A stretch of 63,615 nucleotides of DNA, the filler included, from Klebsormidium nitens (taxonomy: Eukaryota > Plantae > Klebsormidiophyceae), in NCBI GenBank assembly GCA_000708835.1. It is 6 parts of 6 records of this genome, joined end to end, with 100 filler letters (N's around TTAATTAATTAA, not from the genome) between each part and the next. Parts side by side here need not be neighbours in the genome. Positions count along the whole stretch, not along the records: positions 21,722 to 45,595 come from DF237892.1; 5 more parts are not named here. One strand, 5' to 3'. Every line of letters starts with the position of its first letter. Within the stretch, counting starts at the first letter, position 1. Position numbers and translations under genes: made by a program. This document shows, piece by piece, positions 25,270 to 36,679 of this stretch. The notes beneath the pieces are model-generated. The model did not search any database. It worked only from the letters and a program-made list of their open reading frames with translations, and had not been told where the DNA came from.

Positions 25270-28200
25270 AGTTCTGCTACAAATTCAATGCGGCTATTGC
25301 GGGGGGATTGCGGTGGAGCCAGGTGGAGCTGCCAGAATTCCAAGAAGCGCCTGAGGCTGTAGCAGCGCCTTTCATCCGCAAAGGCTTCCTGGCCAACAAA
25401 GAGCCGTTTCGTGTTGTGCTTGGTCAATATTGTGAACCTTGAAACGCACCAGAGCTGCGCATTTGCCTCGCAAACCTTTCCTCCAGATCAGGTTGTTCTT
25501 GGAGCCAAGCAGATGATTTGGACGAGTTCTGCAAGCGGGGGATCTCTGCTGCTGAGCTGCAGCCTTCGGTTGTGCTAGCCTACCACTCTTCAAATGGAGT
25601 TGCAACGAAGGCCGTGACGGGGACAACATTGTCAGAGTGAGCATGTTGACCTTTCAATGCTGTTGATTTTGGTGTATTTCAGGTCACATCACTGCTCTTG
25701 CTGTGAAGGGAAGGAGAAGAATCACAGGGGAGTACTGATGTGTGTTGGCTTATCTCAGACGTAATGATTGTCTTACTTGTAAGGGCCCATTCAGTTGTCG
25801 GGAAAAGTCCCAAGGAACATAATTGAAGCACAAATGGCATGGAGGAAAGGTGTCACTTTGCATTGTCCCTGTCTTGCAAATCTATCAGAAAAGTAACTGG
25901 CCCGTCTGAGCTACATTGCTAGTTTGATGATTGTCTGTTGGCTTGCATTTTGAAGCTCTTGAGCACAGCGCAATGCCCTTTTGGAGATGCCAGCTAGTCC
26001 CTCACAAGTGCATTCATAGTGGTACATGGCAGGAGATCCCTTATCTAATCATGGACCTGTTGCTGATGTTGTCGATCCTGTCAGCATCAGCTACAGTAGC
26101 AGCCATCACACATCAAGGCCTTTTATCAGAGAGAGCAGAAGTGAAGTCTTTGTTTCCTTCCAGACCGCCTGGCCGGTTTTGCTCAACAGCCGCTGCACCT
26201 TGCAATGCAGGTTAAAGTAAGCCAAGCGCTCTTCTCATGAGTGTTTGAGGGGCAGTCAAGTGGCTGGCAGCCCCTAGGCGCATCCAGAAACATCTGTCAA
26301 AATGGAGGCTTGGCTTCAAACGGAGTTTAACACGATTCTGGAAGACAATCAAGAGAGACTTGAAGAGTGGACTGAGGGCAAGGTTCACGTTCTAATGACC
26401 CTTCAGGACGGGAAGTGCGCCAACGTCACCATATGCGCACCGCAGTATGAGTGGCCCCTGATAGAGACCATTGGAGCGGCAGGAAAAAAGTGAGTACCGT
26501 ACCAGATTCCCATCATGCATTGGGAGGCTAACAGAAGATAGTGGTTCCAAGTACAGCATTAAATGACACCTTATGACGACTCTCTTTCCGTTAACTTGCA
26601 ACATGCTATTCATGTCTCTCTTGTCAGAAGCGTCTTGCCTGGTAGCATCACTCCATGTTAGACGTAAAAATGGAATCTGCCTGAAGAATGTCTGCACAAG
26701 ATGGTGGGATTCAAAGTCAGTAGTAAATTGGGGCCTGTTTCTGGCCACCATATCTTCTAATACTAAGCCCTTGTCCCTACTTCTTGATTACTGAAGGCAA
26801 GCACTCTAATCCTTTGCAGCACCTTCTTTGTTGTCAGGAAGTCAGGGGTTGGTTTATTTGTCGCTTTCATGACAACCTGAATCCTAGAACTGGACTTAGG
26901 GCCTGGACTATTCTCTGAGCTTTGCTCAACCTTGAGGCTTCCAATAAACCTTGGATTTAAGAAGTGGAGCCAAACAAGTTATTTGTGTGCAGGGATTTGG
27001 AGGTCATTGACAATGACACCCGGGGCCTGCGCACGGCCGAGTGTTTCGAGGAAGTGAAGGCCAAGCACGTGGAACTTAATTCCATTGTGGCTGCCATCAT
27101 CAAGGTTATGAATGACATGATTGGGAACAAACTTCCTCGATCGAAGGCTATCAAGAATCCTGACACCGTAAGTCCCTTTCCTAACCTTCTGATGAATGTA
27201 AGGAGAGCATCTGGTGCAAGAATCGGTGCACCACTAGCTTGGTGCCTGTTCTGCATCTTAGCCTTTGCAAGAGCTTACTAGTTCTACAGGGAGCTCTTGT
27301 TGAACGCTGCCTACTCTTGGGAATTTGCTGTTACTTCTGAGTTAAGCGAGATACATGCAAAGCGTTCATGATTGTTTGGACCAAGTTCTTGCTATGGACG
27401 GGGAAGGTGGTTTAACACCATTTTTACAAATAACATCCTGCCGCTTGCCTGTCAGTCCCAGAACACATTTTCTAAACACGTCAGCACCCTGATAGTTTGT
27501 AAGTTGTCATTCATGGACCTGTAAGATGATCTTTGAGTAGGCAGGGAGAGCTCCCAACCCGAGAACCCTTTAGTGTCAGGTTGCCTTAAATAAGTAATTG
27601 ATTTGCATCCTGATGACAGAAAACTGCGTGCATGCAGTAAATGAGCCGATTCTGGCAGCTATCATCTGTACCTTTGACCTTGAATGTCCCAAAGCACTTC
27701 AAACGCAGTGGAGTGCCACGCAGGGCCAGAAGCCCCCTGATGATTCCATGCCGTTTCAAGAAAAGACGTGGTTTCTTCGAAGACATCACCTCAGAGTCTT
27801 TCCAGGTCACCCACCCAGTATCTCAAAAGATAATCTACCTCGTTTTAAACTGCTCTCCCTCAACGCAGGTTCCACCCTTCTACCCTGGACCCCCAAAAGC
27901 CTACGCCAAACGCGCTCAGGACATGAAGCGGTGCCAGCTGATGAACGTCATCCACTCCATCTTCGACTTCATCCAGCAATACCAGTGGGGGCCGCAAGAC
28001 ATCAGAGATCTACGCGATGCGCTCGTCAAGGCGGCGTGGCACCCGTTGGCCAGCAGCGTTGGCACGTGGGCCGCCCTAAACTGCTGCTTCCAGGCCCTGG
28101 AGGACAAGGCCCGTGCAGCAGCGTACAAAGACCGGAGGAACTTGGAAGACGGGTTGAAACTGGCGCAGCCTTACGTGGGGTGGAGGGCAGTGGGTCCGGA

Positions 28201-31200
28201 CAAGATCTGGAAAGAAGTTCCGAAGAAGCACAAGAGGAAGAAGTCTGGGAAGGGATCAGACGAGGAGGAAGAGGAGGAGCAAGCCGNNNNNNNNNNNNNN
28301 NNNNNNNNNNNNNNNNNNNNNNNNNNNNNNNNNNNNNNNNNNNNNNNNNNNNNNNNNNNNNNNNNNNNNNNNNNNNNNNNNNNNNNNNNNNNNNNNNNNN
28401 NNNNNNNNNNNNNNNNNNNNNNNNNNNNNNNNNNNNNNNNNNNNNNNNNNNNNNNNNNNNNNNNNNNNNNNNNNNNNNNNNNNNNNNNNNNNNNNNNNNN
28501 NNNNNNNNNNNNNNNNNNNNNNNNNNNNNNNNNNNNNNNNNNNNNNNNNNNNNNNNNNNNNNNNNNNNNNNNNNNNNNNNNNNNNNNNNNNNNNNNNNNN
28601 NNNNNNNNNNNNNNNNNNNNNNNNNNNNNNNNNNNNNNNNNNNNNNNNNNNNNNNNNNNNNNNNNNNNNNNNNNNNNNNNNNNNNNNNNNNNNNNNNNNN
28701 NNNNNNNNNNNNNNNNNNNNNNNNNNNNNNNNNNNNNNNNNNNNNNNNNNNNNNNNNNNNNNNNNNNNNNNNNNNNNNNNNNNNNNNNNNNNNNNNNNNN
28801 NNNNNNNNNNNNNNNNNNNNNNNNNNNNNNNNNNNNNNNNNNNNNNNNNNNNNNNNNNNNNNNNNNNNNNNNNNNNNNNNNNNNNNNNNNNNNNNNNNNN
28901 NNNNNNNNNNNNNNNNNNNNNNNNNNNNNNNNNNNNNNNNNNNNNNNNNNNNNNNNNNNNNNNNNNNNNNNNNNNNNNNNNNNNNNNNNNNNNNNNNNNN
29001 NNNNNNNNNNNNNNNNNNNNNNNNNNNNNNNNNNNNNNNNNNNNNNNNNNNNNNNNNNNNNNNNNNNNNNNNNNNNNNNNNNNNNNNNNNNNNNNNNNNN
29101 NNNNNNNNNNNNGGGTCCGGACAAGATCTGGAAAGAAGTTCCGAAGAAGCACAAGAGGAAGAAGTCTGGGAAGGGATCAGACGAGGAGGAAGAGGAGGAG
29201 CAAGCCGAAGACGAGCAAGAGGACGAGGGGGGTAGCGAGAGCAAGAGGAGGGTTGCCTCGCCAGCGGAGGTAGAAGAATCTCGCCGGGCGGGGCTCAAGG
29301 ACGGGCGTCAGCAGGGGGGAGGGTCGCCGATGCCGCTGCTTCCGGCGCCAAACTTAAGCGGGGGGGGGGGTGAGAACATCCCAACCTCACCGGAGAGCGT
29401 GGCCCTCTCCGGCAGCGTCGGTGCGCGTTCTTCTCTCGCGCCAAGGGGGAACCGTTTGGACGGCCGGCAACGCCGAGGGACTCCCTGGGAGGCTCGCCCG
29501 CCTGCGGAAGCCAGCCCACTCTTGAACTCTGTCATTCCTTGGCTGGAGCCTATGGAGATGGGCAACGACGGGGACTGGACTTTCGGCGGCGGCAGCGGGC
29601 GCTTCGTTCCGGACCCCAGCAGCAGCAGTCCCCGCGGCACGGAGTCGGATACGAGCACTTTGATCCACCTCGGCGGCGGGAGTGGAGTGCGCGGCAGCTC
29701 GGGGGGGATCTCTGACCAGCCCTCCAGTGCAGTGCTTGTCGGACGGTCCGGCGGTTCTTCTCCGCTCCACTTCGGCAGCGAAGACACCCCCTCTGAGTAC
29801 CGGAATGGGGCCTCTTGGGGCACGTCCCCGTTGCCAAGTTTCGACAGCAGCACAGAGTGGGAGGAGATGCTGCCGGAGCTACCCGAGCTAGCGACCGCAG
29901 AGGCTGGGAGCATGCTGGGAGCAAACGGCGCGTCGCACAGCCAGCAGGTGGACTCCCGGGGATCCCTCTCCCCGGCCCAGGCCGTCTTTACCGGGCACGA
30001 GGGAGACTTGTACGATCCGTTGCCTCCGGCCACCCCCCAGAGCAACACCGCCTTCCACGAGCTGCCGCGTGGGGCTCCTGTGCGCGAGGGCCATGGGGCG
30101 CCTGCTCGTGTCCTCGGGCAGTCCCCTCCGTTCCGGGGAACTGCGCTCCAATACCAGGGCGGTCTGGACCAGGGGACTCTCCAGCCAGGCGGTTTGTACC
30201 CAGGACCAGTCCACCAGGGTGGTGCCGATCATGGAGCGGTTCACCAAGTTGGTCCGTACCAGGTGGCTTCGGTCCAAAGGGGTCCGTACCAGACAGCAGT
30301 TCACCAGGGCGGTGCCAACCATGGAGCGGTCCACCCAGGTGGTACGTACCAGGAGGCGGTTCATCCAGGCGGTGCGTACCAGACGGGGGTTCACCAGGGC
30401 GGTGCGTACCAGGAAGCGGGCCACCAAGGAGGTGCGTACCAGGGAGCGGTTCAACACGGCGGTGCGTACCAGGGGGCGGGCCACCAAGGAGGAGGACACC
30501 AGGCAGCAGTTTACCAGGGCGGTGCTCATCGAACAGCGGCCCCCCAAGGTGTTGCGTACCAGGTAACGCTTCCCCAAGGCGGTACGTACCAGGCAGCAGC
30601 CCCCCAAGGCGGTCCGTACCACCACGGCGGTGCGAACCATGCGGCATTGCACCAAGGGCTCCTCCCCCACGCCCACACTGCGCCGCTGTTGGAACCCACC
30701 CCCCAGCTGTATTACGACCAGTACCCGCTGTCGCGCCCCCAGCCACAACATCGACATGCCCGGTCGTTGCCTCCCGCGGAGCCGGGACACATCCGGGCGC
30801 CTCTTTCCCCCGGCCAAGGTCACCGCCAGGCGGAGCCCATGATTCAGTACCCCGGGCACAGCAACGTGTTTCCCGGGGGGCAGCCGTGGGATGAGAGGGG
30901 CGGCCCGGGGGCAGCGGTGCCTCCGGAAAGGATGCAAAGATTCTCCGTGCCGAACCCTGTGAAGCTTATGTCCGATTTTGGCCGTAAGTTCAAAAAGTCC
31001 GCCTCTTCACCGCGGGGTGCCGTCGCAGAACGCGGCATTCCGCAAGGTGGCCCCACTTTCCAGGGTGAGCAGCCCCCCCAACTGCGTCATTACTACTCAG
31101 ACCCCCCAAGGTCCGCCCACGTGGATCCCCGAGCGGTCCATTACGCCCAGGACCGCCATCCAGGTCCGTCGCCCACGTACGCCGGCCAGTTCCGGCCCCC

Positions 31201-33771
31201 CGTTCCGGTCATGGCAGCCCACACAAATCCGGCAGACGAAGCGAAGCCTGGCTCCCCCATGGAACCGTTCCCCAGAGCCAGAGGGATCCCTCCGGGAAGA
31301 GAACGGGGCGCGGGCGCGGCTGCAAGTGCGGAGAGCTTGGTGCGCGACATGCAGGCACTCAGCCTTCGGCCGGAGCCTGTTCACACCCTGCCACACGGGA
31401 CGGCGGGGGCTGGTGTGAAGCCGGGAGTGCGCGCAGCGCCGATTGCGTCGGACGACGGAAAGGCGCACCGGGTGACGGCGCCAGTCCAGACCGACGCTGG
31501 CGGTCTGGCAGGCGCAAAGGCGCCCGCCAAAGCGGACGCTGTTGGGGCTGCGGACAGATCGGACGGTCCAGAGAGCGTCGCCAGCGCTTTGGCCGGTGCG
31601 GACGCTGCGGACGGCGCCACGGAGACGGAGGAATCGGACGGTGAGTACGAGTCCGACGAATCTTCGGACGGCGCTGAGAGCGACGAGGAGTCGGACGACG
31701 GTGACGTCACCACGGACGCTTCGGGCGACCAGTCGGACGGTGCGGACGTGGCGGAGCGGACGGTGCCCGGCCCTGTCGTCACAGGTGAGATTCCGCTCTC
31801 ACGCTTTTATCTGCTTTCCAGAGGACGGGCTTCGAGCGGACTGTTTGAAAGAGAGTGGGAGCAGAGTGCTTAGGAATGTTCAGCAGGATGCTGTTTGCTG
31901 AGGCTGCGTAGAAGCTTGTTGGCTCCTCTAATGTCTTGGAGGAGCTTGATCGCGGTATCCTCCAGTCACGCTTTGAAACTTCTCAGAGAGCTGACGTGTC
32001 GGACGTTGTCCGCCACTCCTACACGCGCCCCGTGTCAATCTCCCGTCAGAGCGTCCAAAAACGAGTAGCTGTCTTTACATCCATCTCTGTCCCCACTGCT
32101 AGCAATCTCAGTAGGCTTGAACCGATTGCTCTCCACTGTGGCACTTCAGAGACGTCTCCTACCGTGCTGGCGGCTCCGGACGTTGCCAACGGTCCGAATG
32201 CCCACTCGTACGCGCACGGAGAGCGGCCCGCCGGCGTTTATCGCAACGCGCCTGAAGCCGCGCATTGCTGTGGGGCACATCATGTGGTGACCGGTGAGTG
32301 GACCTTTCTGTGTCGGTGCCGCGAAATGGCTCCTGGGTTTTGAGGCCCAAGGGCGACCTTTCACGAAAATCTAACATCGGTCAATCTCGTAAGTAGACAG
32401 GCTTCTCAAGATGAGCTTGCGATTGTCCGTTCCGTCTGCTTGCGCAGCTCAATGACTCCTATTGTTGTCGTAAGTAGTCTCTAGCAGCTACGAAGGAGAT
32501 TACTTCTCAGGTAAAGTTTTCAGCCTATCATCCCGACGTTATGCGAGCCTTAGGAATCTGCTGTACAAGTGAAAAACTGACACGAAGACCCATCTCGATA
32601 CCGCCCTGTAATCCGTGTCAGAGTATTCTGGATTCATCTTCGAGTTAAGCCCTTTCTGCCCGCTGCATGCGACTCGTCTACGCACGCCCCATCCAATGAC
32701 CGCTCAATGTAGGTTCGCCGTGAAGCCTCAGAGCAGTGCGCTATCCTTTGACATCGAAATTCAAAAGTAAACTGAAACTTGAACCGTCTCTGAACATCAA
32801 AAGCAGACATGTTGTTTCCTTATCTTCAGGTGCTACACCCGCTGCCAGGAACATCAGCAACTCGGACAACCCCGCCGTCGCGGAAGGCTTCCAGCAGTGC
32901 CACGTGGCCAACCCCCACCCGGGGAACGGAAAATGTTCCGGGGACCGCGGCGCAAAGCTGCCGCCCGGTCGAGCTTACAGGCCCCCGATGGGCGTATCGA
33001 TCGGAACCGGCGATTTGGGAGGTAAGGCTTATGACATCTATCATCTTGCTTCTTGCTTTCAGTTGGTCAGCAATTGAGCTGTCAAGTTCCAGATCACTCC
33101 GTTTTTCGACTCCTCTAGTTTTGCGGCTTGGGTTATGTGTCTGAAAAGAGCCGCTGTAGATTAATCTGCAACGCAAGAGGCTTCAGGTGAACGTCGGTTT
33201 GACTTGATTAGTTTTGAGGGCAGATTCGCGATTGTGGGACCTCGAATGCCAGGTCCTTTCTCTGAGATGCAGGATCCGGCCTCTGGTTACTGTAGGCAAC
33301 TCTCATGTTCCTTGAGCGGACAATTCTCCCCTTACGCAAACGCCCCGCAGGCCAACTCTGCTTCATACCAAGACAACCTGATCAATTACTGCTCCGACAA
33401 TTCTGAACACTTAGAGAAGATAGAAAGGGTCGGAAGTCCGGAATGTCCATAGCTGCTTTCCGTGTTATTCCAGCTTACGAACCCCTCCCGGCCCCGCAGG
33501 TTTGTCAGCAATTGCGGCAGCAGGCCTTCCGGCGGGCGGCTCCGGTAACGGAACGACGGCGAACGGATGCGGACCATGGGTAGGCGTCCCGGGCCCGCAC
33601 TCCGGGCAGCGGGGGTCCGCTTCAGGAGGGGCGTCGAAGAGAGTCTGCGACGAGAATCTGAGCGAGCGCGCGCGCGCGCAGGGGAGCGCGTATGAGGACG
33701 GACGCACGGAGAGTCCGGCGAGCGTGCTCTTCCAGCCAGGGGTCATGCAAACAATAAAATTTGACTCTTGA
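25270..33771 (+). CDS. Uncharacterised multi-exon gene A (left arm of inverted paralog pair); 5' exons look partly degenerate
   Basis: Exons near 26300-26491 (GKCANVTICAPQYEW), 26990-27167 (AKHVELNSIVAA..PRSKA), 27869-31785 (IFDFIQ..WGPQDIRDLRDALVKAAWHPLASSVGTWAALNCCF, then low complexity), ~32150-32294, 32831-33020 and ~33500-33771. Each has a counterpart in gene B. Confidence 0.65.
30149..30660 (+). repeat. Coding 30-bp tandem repeat, ~16 units of consensus VHQGGAYQxA
   Basis: In-frame translation QYQGGLDQGT/LQPGGLYPGP/VHQGGADHGA/.../VHQGGAYQEA/GHQGGAYQGA/.../LPQGGTYQAA/APQGGPYHHG. Confidence 0.92.
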
Positions 33772-36679
33772 ATTGAGGTGATTGGTCCTCGGGGGAAGAA
33801 GAGGGGTGATTGAGGGTGATTTATTGGTGTCATAAAGTACGGAGCCATTTGAAACTGACGGGAGCGGTGCATAGCGGGGACCGTTGCTGCAACAGGGAGG
33901 GGTTGAGAGGAGCGGTTCATTGAGTTGTCTTGCGACGTTGACTTGAGTGAGTGAATAGGGTCAGGGCACTCGTCGACCAGATGATGGGACGCTTGTCGAG
34001 CAATGACGTCATTGCGGCCCACTTTCGAGCTCGTAGGTCCGAAATATAGAAGGTTGATACATGGTTGCAGCAATGCAATCTCGTTCAATAACGGTCAGCT
34101 TTTGGGTTGCTTAACATAGGTGCCATCAAAACCGTCTCGTGTAGATTATGTCAGTTGTTAGTTTCCGTGTATGGTTTGCCAAAAAGGATGATTGGTTCGG
34201 TTCGGAATGAACAAGGCCTTTCAATGCACCTAGGGTACCCCTGCAAGGTGTAAGTTGGCAGCTGGTCAGCGTCTAGCTAGGACCCACATGTACGCCTAGG
34301 GACCGTACAGTGAAAAAAAACGCGGATTGACATTTAGTATATCAAAAGCATAATGAGGCTTCAGCGGTGAGGTACTAGAATCATGGGGCATCCGAGCCTA
34401 GGGACATCAGATAGTCTAGAGTGTGGGTTGAAAGAACTCGTCCAGCGTGAGCCTTTGCAGAAGAATAAGTTAGACAGCTTGCCGACAAGAGTGGAGGCGG
34501 TCGTATGTATTTGAGTACTGCTGTCATGATCTAGTGCCGGACATGAGTGGTACGGTCGTTCTATTCAATTTCAGGCCGCCCTGCATGCCCCACATTGACT
34601 GGTAGCAGCCATCAATTATGACGGTATCATTGAGCCCCAACCGTTTGGCAGGTAAGTTTCTCAGTGCTGTGAGCCCGGGCCCAGCCGGAGTTGGTTTGTT
34701 AGTGCAACTCCGCCACTCTTTGCTGATCGGATGAACTTACAAACGGTCGCGTTGCATGAACCCGGGAACTGCATCCGGCGCTCGCCCGCCATTTTGGACG
34801 GTCTGACCTCGCTGCAGCGCATCTTCAGCTATGAGAGGCCGCGGCCGCCGCGGGGCGCGATCACGTCCACGACGACACTTGCGTGGCCCGCCCTGTGCAA
34901 TTGTCAGTGTGCGACCACTCTCCCGAGAGTAATACGAGTCAAGAAATCCCTTTGCAGAGTCAACTTCCGAATGGTGGCGCAAGCCTATCATATAGTATCA
35001 GCATAATTAGCACCGGCATAACTAATACGTCAACCATTCCCACTCACTAGTTAGCCGCCGTTTATGACAGACTGCAACATGTGCATGTGGCGGCGGCAGC
35101 TCTAGCCTGGCCGCGCTGCTATAGTGACCGTCAGCCATGGCGCCGCGGTAGTGCTGTCAATCTGCGTGGCTATACGGCTAGTAAGTATGTTCAACAACAC
35201 GGTGGCCTCACAACAGCCTAGCGGATACAGTAGCTCGGTAGCGCAGCAAGAACGCCAAGCCGGTATACCACTTGGTAGGGCCGCCCAAGACTGAAGGGAA
35301 CTTTTGAGCATGTGATTCATATCAGTTATGATGATTTCATGATTCTACGATGATAACGTGCGCGCGTGCCAGAAATTTGTCGATTGATATCATATATATA
35401 TATATGGTGATTGCACAACTCTGATGTTATTGCCATTGAGTAATTAAGTCTCTTGGCCGGTGAGTTGTGTACCATATGATTTTGCCTAAAATGTGAGCTT
35501 TGGTTCAGGCCAGGCGTGTTGGCATGCGCAGACCAGGGAATCTTTTAGATATTCCGGTTTCCATGTATGCGTATGTACTATATACTAATTCAGTTTTGCA
35601 GAATTTTACAAAGCGTCTGGCCCAAGTAGGTAGATTGATACAGGTCACGATTCGAACATGGGCCCGTTGTCATTCGTTCATGCACCCGACCATTATAGCT
35701 CCCGGCCAAACCCCAGCTAGTTGACGTCACCGGAGCTACGACCGAAGAACGCACAATCGTTTCTATCAGGCCCGTCGAGCTCGTGAGTCGCGGCAACCGA
35801 AACAAAGATTGAATGTGCTTTTAGGAAGGAGTCCTGGACCCGGCAAACGATATTGTGGATAATGCTGCATCCGTCATGTGCATGATTTGTACCAGCATAC
35901 ACGATCGACTGAATCCAATCAATAACCACATGCAGGTATAGTGCATCAACCGCACATGATCACCGCGTCCAATATTTTTATGTTCAGCTTCCGTCCGACC
36001 AGACCATCCTATACTGCAGTATTCCACGACATACGCTACAGATGCCGGTAATGTGCAAGTTTATGGAATTGTTCCTGTTCGGCGCTCTACTCTACGCTTT
36101 CTTCCGTCCCTGTCCTCGATTAAACGAGCCCTGCTCAACCCGGGCGTCCTAGCTAGTTATAGACGCTGACCGGCTGCCAACTAATAACTTACAAAAACAC
36201 TGGCTCGTAAGATTGTTGTCCATTGTAACCAGCCTATCAAACCACGTGACGTTGTTTACGCCTATTTCGAGGCTAATTGCTATTAGGTATACAGATACAT
36301 ACCGTACGTCACAAGGGACAATCTCAAGCCATACTACGCGCCTACGGTGGTATGTATTTGGGGCCACTCAAATCATAGTTAATAAACCCCAAACTGACAA
36401 TGCTACGAGCTACGGACCCCAAATGGGGCGGCAACCTAACGTCATGGCTCTACTGCCAGGTATTCTTTTGAGCACAGCAGCCTTGAGCAATTTCGCCCTC
36501 CGTCTAGTCAGCTATGAAACCCTTCAAAGGCACTCGTTGCAGCCTGCCCCTCCAACGAAACGGCCGCTGCGCATCGGTGCTTGGACGTCTGTGCGTTTTG
36601 TGACGACGACCAAACACGCCAACAACCTGACCACACACCCTATTTACCCCTATAACCAACCCGTATGACCATCTCGCTT

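Noticed and set aside
25545-25575. Shared TGC TGA GCT GCA in both paralogs, suggesting a selenocysteine codon
   Set aside because: The better-aligning frame in gene A reads AELQPS with no stop, gene B appears frameshifted here, and no SECIS element was identified.
28192-29207. 95-bp exact direct repeat flanking the N gap (28192-28286 and 29113-29207)
   Set aside because: Identical sequence at both gap edges indicates overlapping contigs that were not merged; the gene A exon is probably continuous.
35385-35412. (TA)n near-palindrome close to the symmetry centre of the inverted gene pair
   Set aside because: Short generic microsatellite; flanks show no mirror homology, so no evidence it caused the inversion.
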